Assembly: GCA_021806615.1 (NCBI GenBank)
Contig: JAJZRB010000002.1
Location: 54,529 to 118,528, forward strand
Length of the DNA: 64,000 nucleotides
DNA from: a bacterium
GTDB lineage: Bacteria > Patescibacteriota > Patescibacteriia > Patescibacteriales > UBA12465
Reading direction: 5' to 3'
In this document: piece by piece, positions 27,462 to 36,229 of the stretch
Position numbering within the stretch: the first letter of the stretch is position 1
Layout of the letters: each line of letters starts with the position of its first letter
The notes under the pieces: model-generated
What the model saw: only the letters and a program-made list of their open reading frames with translations
Told to the model about the DNA's origin: nothing
Database searches by the model: none
Position numbers and translations under genes: made by a program

Positions 27462-28725
27462 ATTTAGCGTCTAGGAGCCTGATGGCGGCGAGAGCCACGG
27501 CAATCGGCAGCCAGACCTTCCCTTTATAATAAGAGGTATTGAATAGTTGGAAGAATAATCCTCCGGCGCCGGCCAAGATCAACGGCAGCAGCCAAGGATT
27601 AGCGGCCTGGTATTTCTTAAGCGATTGATAAGCCATTTTAAAGAGTACGGCGAATAAGAACGATAGAGCCGCCAGGCCGATCAGGCCGTTTTCTGCGGCT
27701 ACTTTCTGCAGGACGCCATGCGAATCTATAGGTTCGCCGTATTTTACTCGGAAACGGATATTTTCCGCGACCAGATTTATGAATTCCCCGCTGCCATATC
27801 CGAGATACGGTTTATTGGTTAAGGCCTGAAGAGAGATCGTCGTTAGTAGCCAGCGATCTTCGGTAGAGCTCGTATTTTCTTTTTGTAATTGCGTCATTTT
27901 CCAGATCAAAGGCGAAAAGATGATGATCAAACCGAAGATTATAGGCAGATAATTCTTCCAGCTGAGATTCTTTCGTCGGAGGAAATAGAAAGCGTAGATT
28001 AAAATCTGCAAAGCTAAAGTTATCCAGCCGGCCCGCGAGAACGTCAAGACTATCCCTAATGAGGTCAGGACGAAAAGCAGGTCTAAGAATCTCTTCATCC
28101 TTATCTCTTTGCTTAAGATACGCAGCGCCAGGATCAGGAAGGCTCCGACGTTGAGGAATTCGGCAATCAGGTTCTGATTTTCATCATAAGGATAGACGCC
28201 GAAAATCGGGATGGATTTAAGCCGGAAAAAACTGTCGCGCCAGTCTTGTCCGAGGAGTGATATATATCCGTTCGCGAGGACAGCTAAGGCGCCCAGGACT
28301 AAAGCGCCGATCGCTCTTTTCAAGGTCTTGCCGCTCGTTATCAGGTTATAGGGCAGGAAGATATAGGCGAAATAGAGGAATAAAAGCCAGCGGGCGATAT
28401 AGTAAAGCGAATAATAAGGTTCCGGAGAGAAAACGGCCGATAGGCTGGCGGCGATAATGAATAGGGCAAAAGGAAAAAGCAGCGGCCATTTGAGTTTTAT
28501 TTTCTGCCGGACCGTAAACAGTGATTGATAAGCCAGACGCAAGGCAAAGGCGGCTAGAGCTAAGAGCGATACGAGGTCTATAAAAGGAATAACCATGCTC
28601 TTGATATAAAAAGACCAGCCGATAACCGGAATGAAAAACGCCATGGCGTATAGGCTCAGTTCCGGCCAAGCAATAAAGATGCCCAAGATCAGGATGACCG
28701 TGAAAATTAAGATAATGGTCAGCAT
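27436..28725 (-). CDS. O-antigen ligase/polymerase-like (Wzy_C type) polytopic membrane protein
   Basis: About 10-12 predicted TM helices with a larger loop near LTFSRAGWITLAL, as in the WaaL/Wzy families. Confidence 0.75.
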   Translation of the reverse strand: MLTIILIFTVILILGIFIAWPELSLYAMAFFIPVIGWSFYIKSMVIPFIDLVSLLALAAFALRLAYQSLFTVRQKIKLKWPLLFPFALFIIAASLSAVFSPEPYYSLYYIARWLLFLYFAYIFLPYNLITSGKTLKRAIGALVLGALAVLANGYISLLGQDWRDSFFRLKSIPIFGVYPYDENQNLIAEFLNVGAFLILALRILSKEIRMKRFLDLLFVLTSLGIVLTFSRAGWITLALQILIYAFYFLRRKNLSWKNYLPIIFGLIIIFSPLIWKMTQLQKENTSSTEDRWLLTTISLQALTNKPYLGYGSGEFINLVAENIRFRVKYGEPIDSHGVLQKVAAENGLIGLAALSFLFAVLFKMAYQSLKKYQAANPWLLPLILAGAGGLFFQLFNTSYYKGKVWLPIAVALAAIRLLDAKYDRQENKN

Positions 28726-28762
28726 ATTCTAGTATAATGATAGCTTATAATTATTTTTAAAA

Positions 28763-28789
28763 GAAGGGTTGACTATTTATCAACCCTTC
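28763..28789 (-). terminator. Hairpin with short U-run between the GH5 and ligase-like genes
   Basis: Perfect 10-bp stem gaagggttga / tcaacccttc with loop ctattta. The minus strand continues UUUUAAAAA. May be a partial terminator or a processing site. Confidence 0.55.
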
Positions 28790-28799
28790 GCGGAAATTT

Positions 28800-29975
28800 T
28801 CAATTTTTAAATCCTTTTACTATCGCCTTGAGACGATCCAAGGGGTCGTTGGTCAAAGCTTTCCGGCCGCGCGGAGGAACGTAGTCAAGCTCGAACATCG
28901 TATCCGAGCAATCGCTGAATTGGTTCAGATAGTCGGCTTCTTTGTAAGCATGGTAAGTCCAGCCTAGTCCCAGTTCCTTGAAAATATCTATCAAGTCGCT
29001 CAAATATTGAGCGGCTCCAGGGAGGATCCTCATGACTGAAAATTCAGTGATGACGATCGGTATGCCCGAATATTTTTTCTGGAAATCGGCTATCGGATCC
29101 ATGGCCGCACGGAGTCTCTGCGCGTTCCACATGACTTTTTGCTTGCCGATATCAGAGAATAATCCGGGATAAGCCAGGGCTTTTTTCGGGTTGTCCCAGG
29201 CCGCCCATTGGAGAGTGTAGTCAATAGGACTATACATATGGACCGCAAACATCACTTTCCCGTCATCTAATAAGGCTTTGGGCGGAGTCCAATTGCTAGA
29301 AGCGATGGAATTTATCCGCCAGCTATAAGGAGGTGACGATAAGATGGTGTGGACGATATCGATTTTCCTGATTTCAGAAACCAGCTTGGTCTGTAGATTA
29401 TTCCACAGATTTCCTTTGTTCTTAGTTTCCGCGGCATTCCAATCGTTTTCTTTCGGCTCCGCTTCATTCAAGAGCTCGAAGATGACTGTAGAGTCCGGAT
29501 AATCTTCAAAGGTATCAGCTAATTTTTTCCAGGTTTCGACCAGTAGATTACGGAATTTTTCGCCGGTCTTACCCTGTTCCCAAAGGCGGAAATCTTTCCA
29601 GCCTGACCAGCGGACCAGTCCCGGAATTTCGTGGACATCAATGATTACCTTTATGCCCTTATCCTGGCAGAGATCGACGAGATCTTCTAATTTATCCAAT
29701 TTATCCGAATCAATTTTTTTCGGGCAAGTATCGTAATCAGATAAATCATATAGATCGTGGATCATGAGCATTACTCTTAAGGTATTTGCTCCCCACCGCT
29801 TTAGCGAGTCCAGATCTTTTTTCCCGATGTTAGTATAACAGTTAATGCCTCTTATTTTGCTCCCGTCTAGTCCCCTGTAATGCGGGATGATTTGCGGGGT
29901 ATTGTTTTGAGGATAGCTGCTAACAGATGATATTATAACAGCTATTATCGCTAATATTACATATGTATTTTTCAA
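28800..29975 (-). CDS. Secreted glycoside hydrolase family 5
   Basis: TTG start preceded by an AGGAG SD. Signal peptide present. GH5 signatures FELLNEAEP (acid/base Glu), AVHMY and PIVITEFSV (nucleophile Glu). Confidence 0.8.
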   Translation of the reverse strand: MKNTYVILAIIAVIISSVSSYPQNNTPQIIPHYRGLDGSKIRGINCYTNIGKKDLDSLKRWGANTLRVMLMIHDLYDLSDYDTCPKKIDSDKLDKLEDLVDLCQDKGIKVIIDVHEIPGLVRWSGWKDFRLWEQGKTGEKFRNLLVETWKKLADTFEDYPDSTVIFELLNEAEPKENDWNAAETKNKGNLWNNLQTKLVSEIRKIDIVHTILSSPPYSWRINSIASSNWTPPKALLDDGKVMFAVHMYSPIDYTLQWAAWDNPKKALAYPGLFSDIGKQKVMWNAQRLRAAMDPIADFQKKYSGIPIVITEFSVMRILPGAAQYLSDLIDIFKELGLGWTYHAYKEADYLNQFSDCSDTMFELDYVPPRGRKALTNDPLDRLKAIVKGFKN

Positions 29976-30062
29976 TTTGTGCTCCTATGATTTGTTTTCA
30001 AAAATTTTAATGTACAACTTAGTTGACTATAAAATATATAATATATTCAAGATATTGTCAAC

Positions 30063-31961
30063 TTATTTATTATTGATAAGCTGGAAAGTCTTGTCGCTTT
30101 CTAAATCAGTGCTCCACTGATAATTTTTTCCCTTCAGGGGCTTGACTGAAATATTTAAGGACTCGATCCTCTGCCCGGCTTGCTTCTGGACCAGAAGGCT
30201 GTATCGGGATGATTTTAGTTCCTGGTCGATGTTCGAAGGCAGACGGTAGCTGATGATAATTTCTCGCGATGTTCCTGGTTCAACCGTAAAGAAAAAACCG
30301 AACACCGTCTTGTTTAAAGCAGTATCGTTTTCTACGCTCATGTCAGCCGTCTTCTCGTCTACGCCGCTAAGAGAAACCAAGTGGCTGCCCAGAGGAGCAT
30401 AAACCCTGGTATAACTTCGATAACGGGTAGTCCGCCAGTCGAAATTTCCTTCATGGCGGTAATTTAATTTAACGGTGGCCGACAGCCCGCCCCGATCCTC
30501 GGTTACAGCATAAGATAGATTCTTTTTGACGACGACATCGCTCTTGAAAGCCCCTAAGTTAGAATCTACGGCCAGGAGATAATCGCCGCTCCATTTTTTT
30601 ACTTCTCCGCTGGCCCCCAGGCTGCGAGCTAGATCTTCCCAAGAGTCATTAGCGAAATAAAGCTGGAGGCTTTTAGAATCGATCGCCTTATCTATTATTT
30701 TCAGGAGTTCCGGCCAATGCTTGGGCGGCAGCTTGAGTAGGCGGTTCTCTAATTCAGCCATGAGCTCATTGATTATTTCCTTGCGATCCCAAGAAGAAAT
30801 ATTCTGATCTTTATAGGCGACTTCTACGTTGTACTGCAGGAGGGGTTGGAAATTATCAGCGTTATAATCAGCTCCTTTTACGCTGATAGGTCCGACTAAG
30901 CGGATCAGATCCGCTACGAGGTCGGGCGTAATCGCGGCTATTCCCGTGAAAGATTCGCTGGGCTGCTTGATCGCCAGGCTTTCTCCTTGGAAAATCTCAT
31001 TTATTTTCTTGGCCGAAGTCGGCCAATCCGGCGACCAGTTGGCATCACGTAAATACCATTTCTCTACTTTTAGATATTTTTTGATGATCGCGGGTGCTTG
31101 GAGCGTCCAGGAATTGCTTAAGGAAGCCGGCATATCCAGATGGTAGCTATCATCGCTCTTGAGCGAAACGATGCTTCCGTTATGGCTTTCTAAGATGCCG
31201 TAAACGCCGATGAAACCGCCGCTCGGACGGAGTTCGTCATTGTTCTGCAGGATCAGCAAAAAATGGCTGTTATTCGGGTATCCGGCTAAGGCTGGCAGTA
31301 ATTTTATAAGCGGAGATACGCGGGACATCAGAATGGTGGCTTGATTCAATTCTTGCCGGATATCGCTTATCTGCTGATAGACGGGCCAAAGTATGCCTAT
31401 CCGGTGGATCTTCTCCAGATTCAGAAGCGCTAGCTCCAGATCGGCTTTTAAGCCTGTCAGTTCTGGTTCCGATTGGTAAATCAATTGTAAGAAACGTATT
31501 TTATCGTTATCGGCTAGGTCGGAAAAATTAAGTTTGCCGTTCTCTGAGCTGATCTTGCTCAGATTATCGGCAATCGGCAGGATTCTGGTTAACGAGCGGC
31601 TTAAGATTTCCGCTGTCCTTAATAGATATTCTAAGTCGTTGACCTGGTTTCGGATGAGGGTCAGATTCTTTACAGCCGGGTTATCATGAGTGTCCTGGAG
31701 ATTTTTTAAAGCGTCTGAAAAATCAGCTTGAGCTTGATTCGCAAGGTTTAAGGAAACCCGCCATTCCTCTGCCTGGGCGGCCTGAACCGCTTGCGTCAAC
31801 TCAGCTTTTCCAGCCAAACCTTTGGCGGCAGCGCCCCGCAAGTCTTTATAGGCGCCGCTGAGCAGGATAATTACCAGGATTAAAATAGCCGCTATTATCA
31901 GAAGGGCGTATTTGAAGATTGACCAAGCGACACTGAGGGTACTAGCTAAATATTTTTTCAT
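30063..31961 (-). CDS. DUF4012 domain membrane-anchored protein
   Basis: N-terminal TM (YALLIIAAILILVIILL). Characteristic LRPSGGFIGVYG block. 4-nt ATGA overlap with the upstream regulator gene. Confidence 0.8.
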   Translation of the reverse strand: MKKYLASTLSVAWSIFKYALLIIAAILILVIILLSGAYKDLRGAAAKGLAGKAELTQAVQAAQAEEWRVSLNLANQAQADFSDALKNLQDTHDNPAVKNLTLIRNQVNDLEYLLRTAEILSRSLTRILPIADNLSKISSENGKLNFSDLADNDKIRFLQLIYQSEPELTGLKADLELALLNLEKIHRIGILWPVYQQISDIRQELNQATILMSRVSPLIKLLPALAGYPNNSHFLLILQNNDELRPSGGFIGVYGILESHNGSIVSLKSDDSYHLDMPASLSNSWTLQAPAIIKKYLKVEKWYLRDANWSPDWPTSAKKINEIFQGESLAIKQPSESFTGIAAITPDLVADLIRLVGPISVKGADYNADNFQPLLQYNVEVAYKDQNISSWDRKEIINELMAELENRLLKLPPKHWPELLKIIDKAIDSKSLQLYFANDSWEDLARSLGASGEVKKWSGDYLLAVDSNLGAFKSDVVVKKNLSYAVTEDRGGLSATVKLNYRHEGNFDWRTTRYRSYTRVYAPLGSHLVSLSGVDEKTADMSVENDTALNKTVFGFFFTVEPGTSREIIISYRLPSNIDQELKSSRYSLLVQKQAGQRIESLNISVKPLKGKNYQWSTDLESDKTFQLINNK

Positions 31962-32578
31962 AGTTTGATTTTCTTGTGGACATTATCTAGGAGGACCAGC
32001 GTTTTTCCTTCCAAAATATTATACAGGAAAATGTCCATGATATCCTCGCGGTAATGGAATTCTTTTTCGCTTAGGATAGTAAAGTTTATTTCCCGCCCCA
32101 AATCCTTTTCCAAATCTTTAATCAATTTTAAAAAAGCCGTTCTTCGAACCGTGCCGACAATCAAGATGTCGGTCTGTGCTTCCGGATAGTTGGTGAATAA
32201 TCCGGTTAAAGCTAAAAATTTCGGCTGGCAGATCTTATGCAGCCCTTCAATGAATTTTTGGCTGGATAAAATCTGCGCTTTGACGAATAGAGCCTTGATT
32301 TCCGGATAAAGGATGAAATTATGGTTAACAAAAAAATATTTTTTTTCCGCGGGTTTTTTCGATTTTTTGCCCGTCTTATCAATTGGCGTATTTTCTATTA
32401 TTTTTTCCTCGCTTACTAAGCCGAACAGGATAAGGTTGTCTAATTCATGGCGCACTGAGTTGAGAGGCAACTCCAGGTCGCGGGCAAGCGAAATCAAGGC
32501 ATGTTTCTTGTCTTCTGCCAAGAGGAGCAGATTCAAGATTTTTACCCGAGAAGCGGAACCGAAAATAGGTTCTAACAT
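31958..32578 (-). CDS. Winged-helix (ArsR-like) transcriptional regulator with C-terminal alpha/beta domain
   Basis: The N-terminal SRVKILNLLLL...LISLARDLELPLNSVRHELDNLILFGLV matches the wHTH pattern. Translationally coupled to the DUF4012 gene. Confidence 0.6.
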   Translation of the reverse strand: MLEPIFGSASRVKILNLLLLAEDKKHALISLARDLELPLNSVRHELDNLILFGLVSEEKIIENTPIDKTGKKSKKPAEKKYFFVNHNFILYPEIKALFVKAQILSSQKFIEGLHKICQPKFLALTGLFTNYPEAQTDILIVGTVRRTAFLKLIKDLEKDLGREINFTILSEKEFHYREDIMDIFLYNILEGKTLVLLDNVHKKIKL

Positions 32579-32655
32579 ATTTCTTTATTTATGGATTTAT
32601 AGTATAATATTCGTGAGAAACAGTCAAACCAAAAAACAGCCAGTAAACAGCTATT

Positions 32656-34917
32656 TTGCTTATGTATAACAAGATTGCGTCTATTATTTTAAACTCCGCC
32701 AAGGCGGCTGGTTTAAGCGATGTTTATGTCGCCCAGCCAGATTCTCTTAAAGAAAATTTGGCCGGTAAAATTTTTGTATTAGCCGAAATCGGCGGCAAGA
32801 AAAACGAAGGCCGTAAAATTTTTGATTTTTTAGTCGCCGCGCTCAATGATAATTATTATAATGACGATAAGATCCTATTCCGAGGCAAGATCGAAGGGTT
32901 GAAGATAGAAAACATCTTTGAAGCCGCTGTCACTAAGACTAACAAGAATTTAGCTGATTTTTTAATCAGCGAGAAGATCCGGTTGAATCCCTCGGCTGCC
33001 AATATCACCATCGGCGTTATTTATGAAAATAAATTGCATTTTGCTAATTTCGGACGTAATCGAGCGCTTCTTATTTACCGTCGCGGCGACGATTATGAGA
33101 TAATCAACGTTGAAGCTAATGCCTCCGAAGCGCCGGATAAGGCAGAAGAATCCGAAGCGGCCGCTGGCAAGGCTACTAAGCTTTTCTCCTCGGTCATCAG
33201 CGGCGAGGTTCCCTTCAGCTCCTATTTTATTTTTGCGAGCGAAGCTCTGCCCGAATATCTTTCCGGCAAGGAGATGATGAATATCGTCACCAAGCTGCCG
33301 CCGATCACCGCCGCCGAACAGATCAAGAATGTCCTGATGCGCATGAATACCTATGTGCCGTTTTTAGGGATAATCATTAAGAATACCGCCGGCCTGCCCA
33401 GCCAAGAAACTAAAGAAGAAGTGAATGAAAGCCTATCGATGCGCGCTTCCGGGTCATCCCTGAATTATACGGAAGAAAAGACCGAACAAATGCTCGCTCC
33501 GGCCGGATTGATAAGTTTTCCTAAGATCCTGAGAAAACTCAAAGAATTATCCGCCAAATGGCAGCCTAAGCCGGCTTCGGAACACAAGAAATACCTAAGA
33601 GCGGAAGATAAGCCGGCTAGTCCAGCCGGGCAAGCCCCGCTAGATCTCGGGCAGATAAAGAGCTTGAATCTAGCCCGCTCCGACTCCTTTTTGCTGAAGG
33701 AGAAAATATTTTTTAAGAAAAAGCCAGGCTGGCTAGGAGTCAGTTTGAAAAAAGTCTTCCAATCTTTGCCCAATCTTTTTACCCCCGATCTATGGTCTGA
33801 TCTCGTCCGTAAGTCAAGAGAGTGGGTAAAAAGCTTGAATTTAAGAAATCGTTGGCTTTTTGGCGCTCTCGGCCTGGTAATATTGATTTTTATCGTCAGC
33901 CTCATTTATACCAATTGGAGCCATGAACGCCAGGCCGCCCAAGCTAATTTTACTAATCTGGTAAACGCCATCGAGGATAAGGAGAACGCGATTGACGCCC
34001 ACTTGCTATATAATGATGAAGTCGGCGCCGGAACGGCTCTAGTTGAAGCCCAGGCGCTCTTGAGTTCCCTGCCGCAGGCCAGATCCGACCAGAAAGATGT
34101 CTATGACCGCCTGGCCGCTCGGCTTGAGGCGGCTAGCGAGAAGATCCAGAAGATTATCAAGGTCAGCGGAGTTACAGTCTTCGATAATTTAAGCGGGTTG
34201 GGAGTGAATAGCCTAGTGTACGCCGCCGGAAAAATTTACGCGGCTGGCGGACAAGCCGTATATCTTTTGGCGGAGTCAGCCTCATCGACTCGGCTGGCAG
34301 TTAACGGCGCCCAAGATCTGACTCATCCAGTATTTGAAAAAAATGACCGTATCTATTATCAGGACGCTGACCGCATCGTCCAATTCAATATCAAGGCTAA
34401 AAACAGCAGCGCGCTCCAAGTTAACGGATTAGATAAGAGCCTGGTAACCAGCTATTATGTTTTTAATGGCAATTTATATATCCTAGCTAAGAGCCAGAAT
34501 CAGATCTACCGCTATAATCGTTCTGCCAATACTTTCGGCGCTAAGAGCGACTGGCTTAAAGAGGCCGTCGATTTGAGCCAGGCGAGCGATTTAGGCATTG
34601 ATGGCGATATTTACATCTTAAAGAATGATGGCAGCGTCCTGAAATTCCGTAAGGGACAGGCAGCGGATTATGCGGCCGGAGCCTTGTCGCCAGCTATGAC
34701 CGGCGCCTCAAAGCTCATCGTCGGAGGCAATTATCTCTATATTTTCGAAGCCAGCTCCAAGCGTCTCGCGGTCCTAGCTAAGAAAGACGGCCACTTGATA
34801 AATCAGTATGTCGTTGATTCCTTAAAGCAGCCTAAGGATCTGGCCGTTGATGAGGCTGGCCGCGCCGCTTATTTCCTGGACGGCGACCAGGTCGTGAAGA
34901 TTAGCCTGAATCAGTAA
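32656..34917 (+). CDS. Large bitopic protein of unknown function (cytoplasmic N-domain, TM, extracytoplasmic beta-propeller-like C-domain)
   Basis: TM helix WLFGALGLVILIFIVSLIY near aa 400. C-terminal repeated motifs NGNLYILAKSQNQIYRY, DGDIYILKNDGSVLKF and GGNYLYIFEASSKRLAVL. ATG 32662 is an alternative start. Confidence 0.65.
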   Translation: MLMYNKIASIILNSAKAAGLSDVYVAQPDSLKENLAGKIFVLAEIGGKKNEGRKIFDFLVAALNDNYYNDDKILFRGKIEGLKIENIFEAAVTKTNKNLADFLISEKIRLNPSAANITIGVIYENKLHFANFGRNRALLIYRRGDDYEIINVEANASEAPDKAEESEAAAGKATKLFSSVISGEVPFSSYFIFASEALPEYLSGKEMMNIVTKLPPITAAEQIKNVLMRMNTYVPFLGIIIKNTAGLPSQETKEEVNESLSMRASGSSLNYTEEKTEQMLAPAGLISFPKILRKLKELSAKWQPKPASEHKKYLRAEDKPASPAGQAPLDLGQIKSLNLARSDSFLLKEKIFFKKKPGWLGVSLKKVFQSLPNLFTPDLWSDLVRKSREWVKSLNLRNRWLFGALGLVILIFIVSLIYTNWSHERQAAQANFTNLVNAIEDKENAIDAHLLYNDEVGAGTALVEAQALLSSLPQARSDQKDVYDRLAARLEAASEKIQKIIKVSGVTVFDNLSGLGVNSLVYAAGKIYAAGGQAVYLLAESASSTRLAVNGAQDLTHPVFEKNDRIYYQDADRIVQFNIKAKNSSALQVNGLDKSLVTSYYVFNGNLYILAKSQNQIYRYNRSANTFGAKSDWLKEAVDLSQASDLGIDGDIYILKNDGSVLKFRKGQAADYAAGALSPAMTGASKLIVGGNYLYIFEASSKRLAVLAKKDGHLINQYVVDSLKQPKDLAVDEAGRAAYFLDGDQVVKISLNQ

Positions 34918-34946
34918 AACCTTATTTAAATATATTTTCGCGTATT

Positions 34947-34976
34947 AAAAAACCAGCCTAACGGCCGGTTTTTTAT
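34947..34976. terminator. Terminator between convergent genes
   Basis: aaaaaccagcc / ggccggttttt stem with one mismatch and loop taac. A-run and T-run flanks. Confidence 0.7.
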
Positions 34977-34988
34977 TTTTGAAGATGA

Positions 34989-35384
34989 TTATTTCAAGGA
35001 AACCTTAGCGCCGGCTTCTTCCAATTTTTTCTTCATGGCTTCGGCTTCAGCTTTCTTGACGCCTTCTTTCAATACTTTCGGAGCGGCATCAACTAGATCC
35101 TTAGCTTCTTTCAAGCCCATTTCGGTCAGCTCGCGGACGACTTTGATGACGGCGATCTTATTAGCGCCGGATTCGCTGATTTCTACATCAAAGCTGTCTT
35201 TTTCTTCAACGGCGGCGGCTGATCCGCCAGCTGGAGCCATCATCATGGCTGGAGCGGCGGCGCTAACGCCGAATTTCTCTTCCAAGATCTTAACGAGTTC
35301 CGCTAAGTCCAGGACGCTCATTTTTTCAATTTCGCCGACTAATTTTTCAAATTTAGCCGGAACGACGACGTTTTTCTCTTCCAT
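34989..35384 (-). CDS. rplL: 50S ribosomal protein L7/L12
   Basis: The N-terminal dimerisation helix, Ala/Gly hinge and C-terminal [10 protein letters not shown]...EAGAKVSLK are unmistakable. Confidence 0.97.
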   Translation of the reverse strand: MEEKNVVVPAKFEKLVGEIEKMSVLDLAELVKILEEKFGVSAAAPAMMMAPAGGSAAAVEEKDSFDVEISESGANKIAVIKVVRELTEMGLKEAKDLVDAAPKVLKEGVKKAEAEAMKKKLEEAGAKVSLK

Positions 35385-35422
35385 ACTTTTAAAATTAAAT
35401 TATTAATAATTTTTTATCATGT

Positions 35423-35950
35423 TTATTTCTTTTCTTCGATCGCTTTCAAGACGTTAACCAGATTGCGCAGGTTGCCGGCTAAAGCGTTAACGAAACCGGA
35501 AATCGGAGCATTCAAGGAGCCGACCATCTTGGCATATAATTCATGCTTGCTCGGCAATTTAGCCAAGGACTCCACCTGTTCTTTTGATAATAGTTTCCCT
35601 TCCAGAATGCCGCCTAAAAAGAAAATCTTATTTTCCTTCTCTTTGTCTTTTCGGAAATTACCTATGATTTTAGCGGGCGCGACTTCGTCCTCATAGGAGA
35701 ATATCGCGGCGACTTTGCCATCAAAATCCCGGACATTGATATCTAAACTGTTATCTTTAAGGGCGCGGTTCAAAAGGGTTTTTTTGGCTACGTAATATTC
35801 GCTTTTCTCATTCCTTAATTGATCGCGTAAAGATTCGTTATCTTTGACCCCTAAAGCATTGAATCCGGCAAAAACCATGGATTTAGAATTCTTTATTTTT
35901 TCCTTTAAATTACTTAGGATTTCTTTTTTTTGATCTTTGTTTTTAGGCAT
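35423..35950 (-). CDS. rplJ: 50S ribosomal protein L10
   Basis: Immediately upstream of rplL. Typical L10 sequence (VFAGFNALGVKDNESLRDQLR...). Confidence 0.95.
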   Translation of the reverse strand: MPKNKDQKKEILSNLKEKIKNSKSMVFAGFNALGVKDNESLRDQLRNEKSEYYVAKKTLLNRALKDNSLDINVRDFDGKVAAIFSYEDEVAPAKIIGNFRKDKEKENKIFFLGGILEGKLLSKEQVESLAKLPSKHELYAKMVGSLNAPISGFVNALAGNLRNLVNVLKAIEEKK

Positions 35951-35967
35951 ATTTTGGCTATTATTAT

Positions 35968-36087
35968 AAAAAAATCTGTGTTACCACAGAAGATGAGAAG
36001 CGCTTAAAGAATAAGCATTCTTTACCTCGGCGAGACTTATAGGCGCTAAGAAGAGCCAGGCTGGCTGTCTGTGGTAATATTTAGTTA
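35968..36087 (-). promoter_or_regulatory. Structured rplJ 5' leader (L10-leader-like attenuator)
   Basis: In the minus-strand RNA, UUACCACAGA (36077-36068) can pair with UCUGUGGUAA (35990-35981), enclosing about 77 nt that contain an 8-bp hairpin UAAAGAAU-GCUU-AUUCUUUA. Alternatively UCUGUG-GUAA-CACAGA plus U7 (35990-35968) forms a terminator. Confidence 0.5.
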
Positions 36088-36094
36088 TGCGTAT

Positions 36095-36122
36095 ATATTA
36101 ACAGATTGGCATCCTTTGTCAA
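36095..36122 (-). promoter_or_regulatory. Candidate rplJL promoter
   Basis: Minus strand has TTGACA (36122-36117), a 16-nt spacer, then TAATAT (36100-36095). Confidence 0.45.
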
Positions 36123-36229
36123 GCTATTTTTTATCCGTATTGACAAAATATGACAATTTATGCTTAAATTAGAAAATAATAGTTCATTTCATAAGTCACA
36201 TAAATCAACCATAAACTGAGGATATCATA

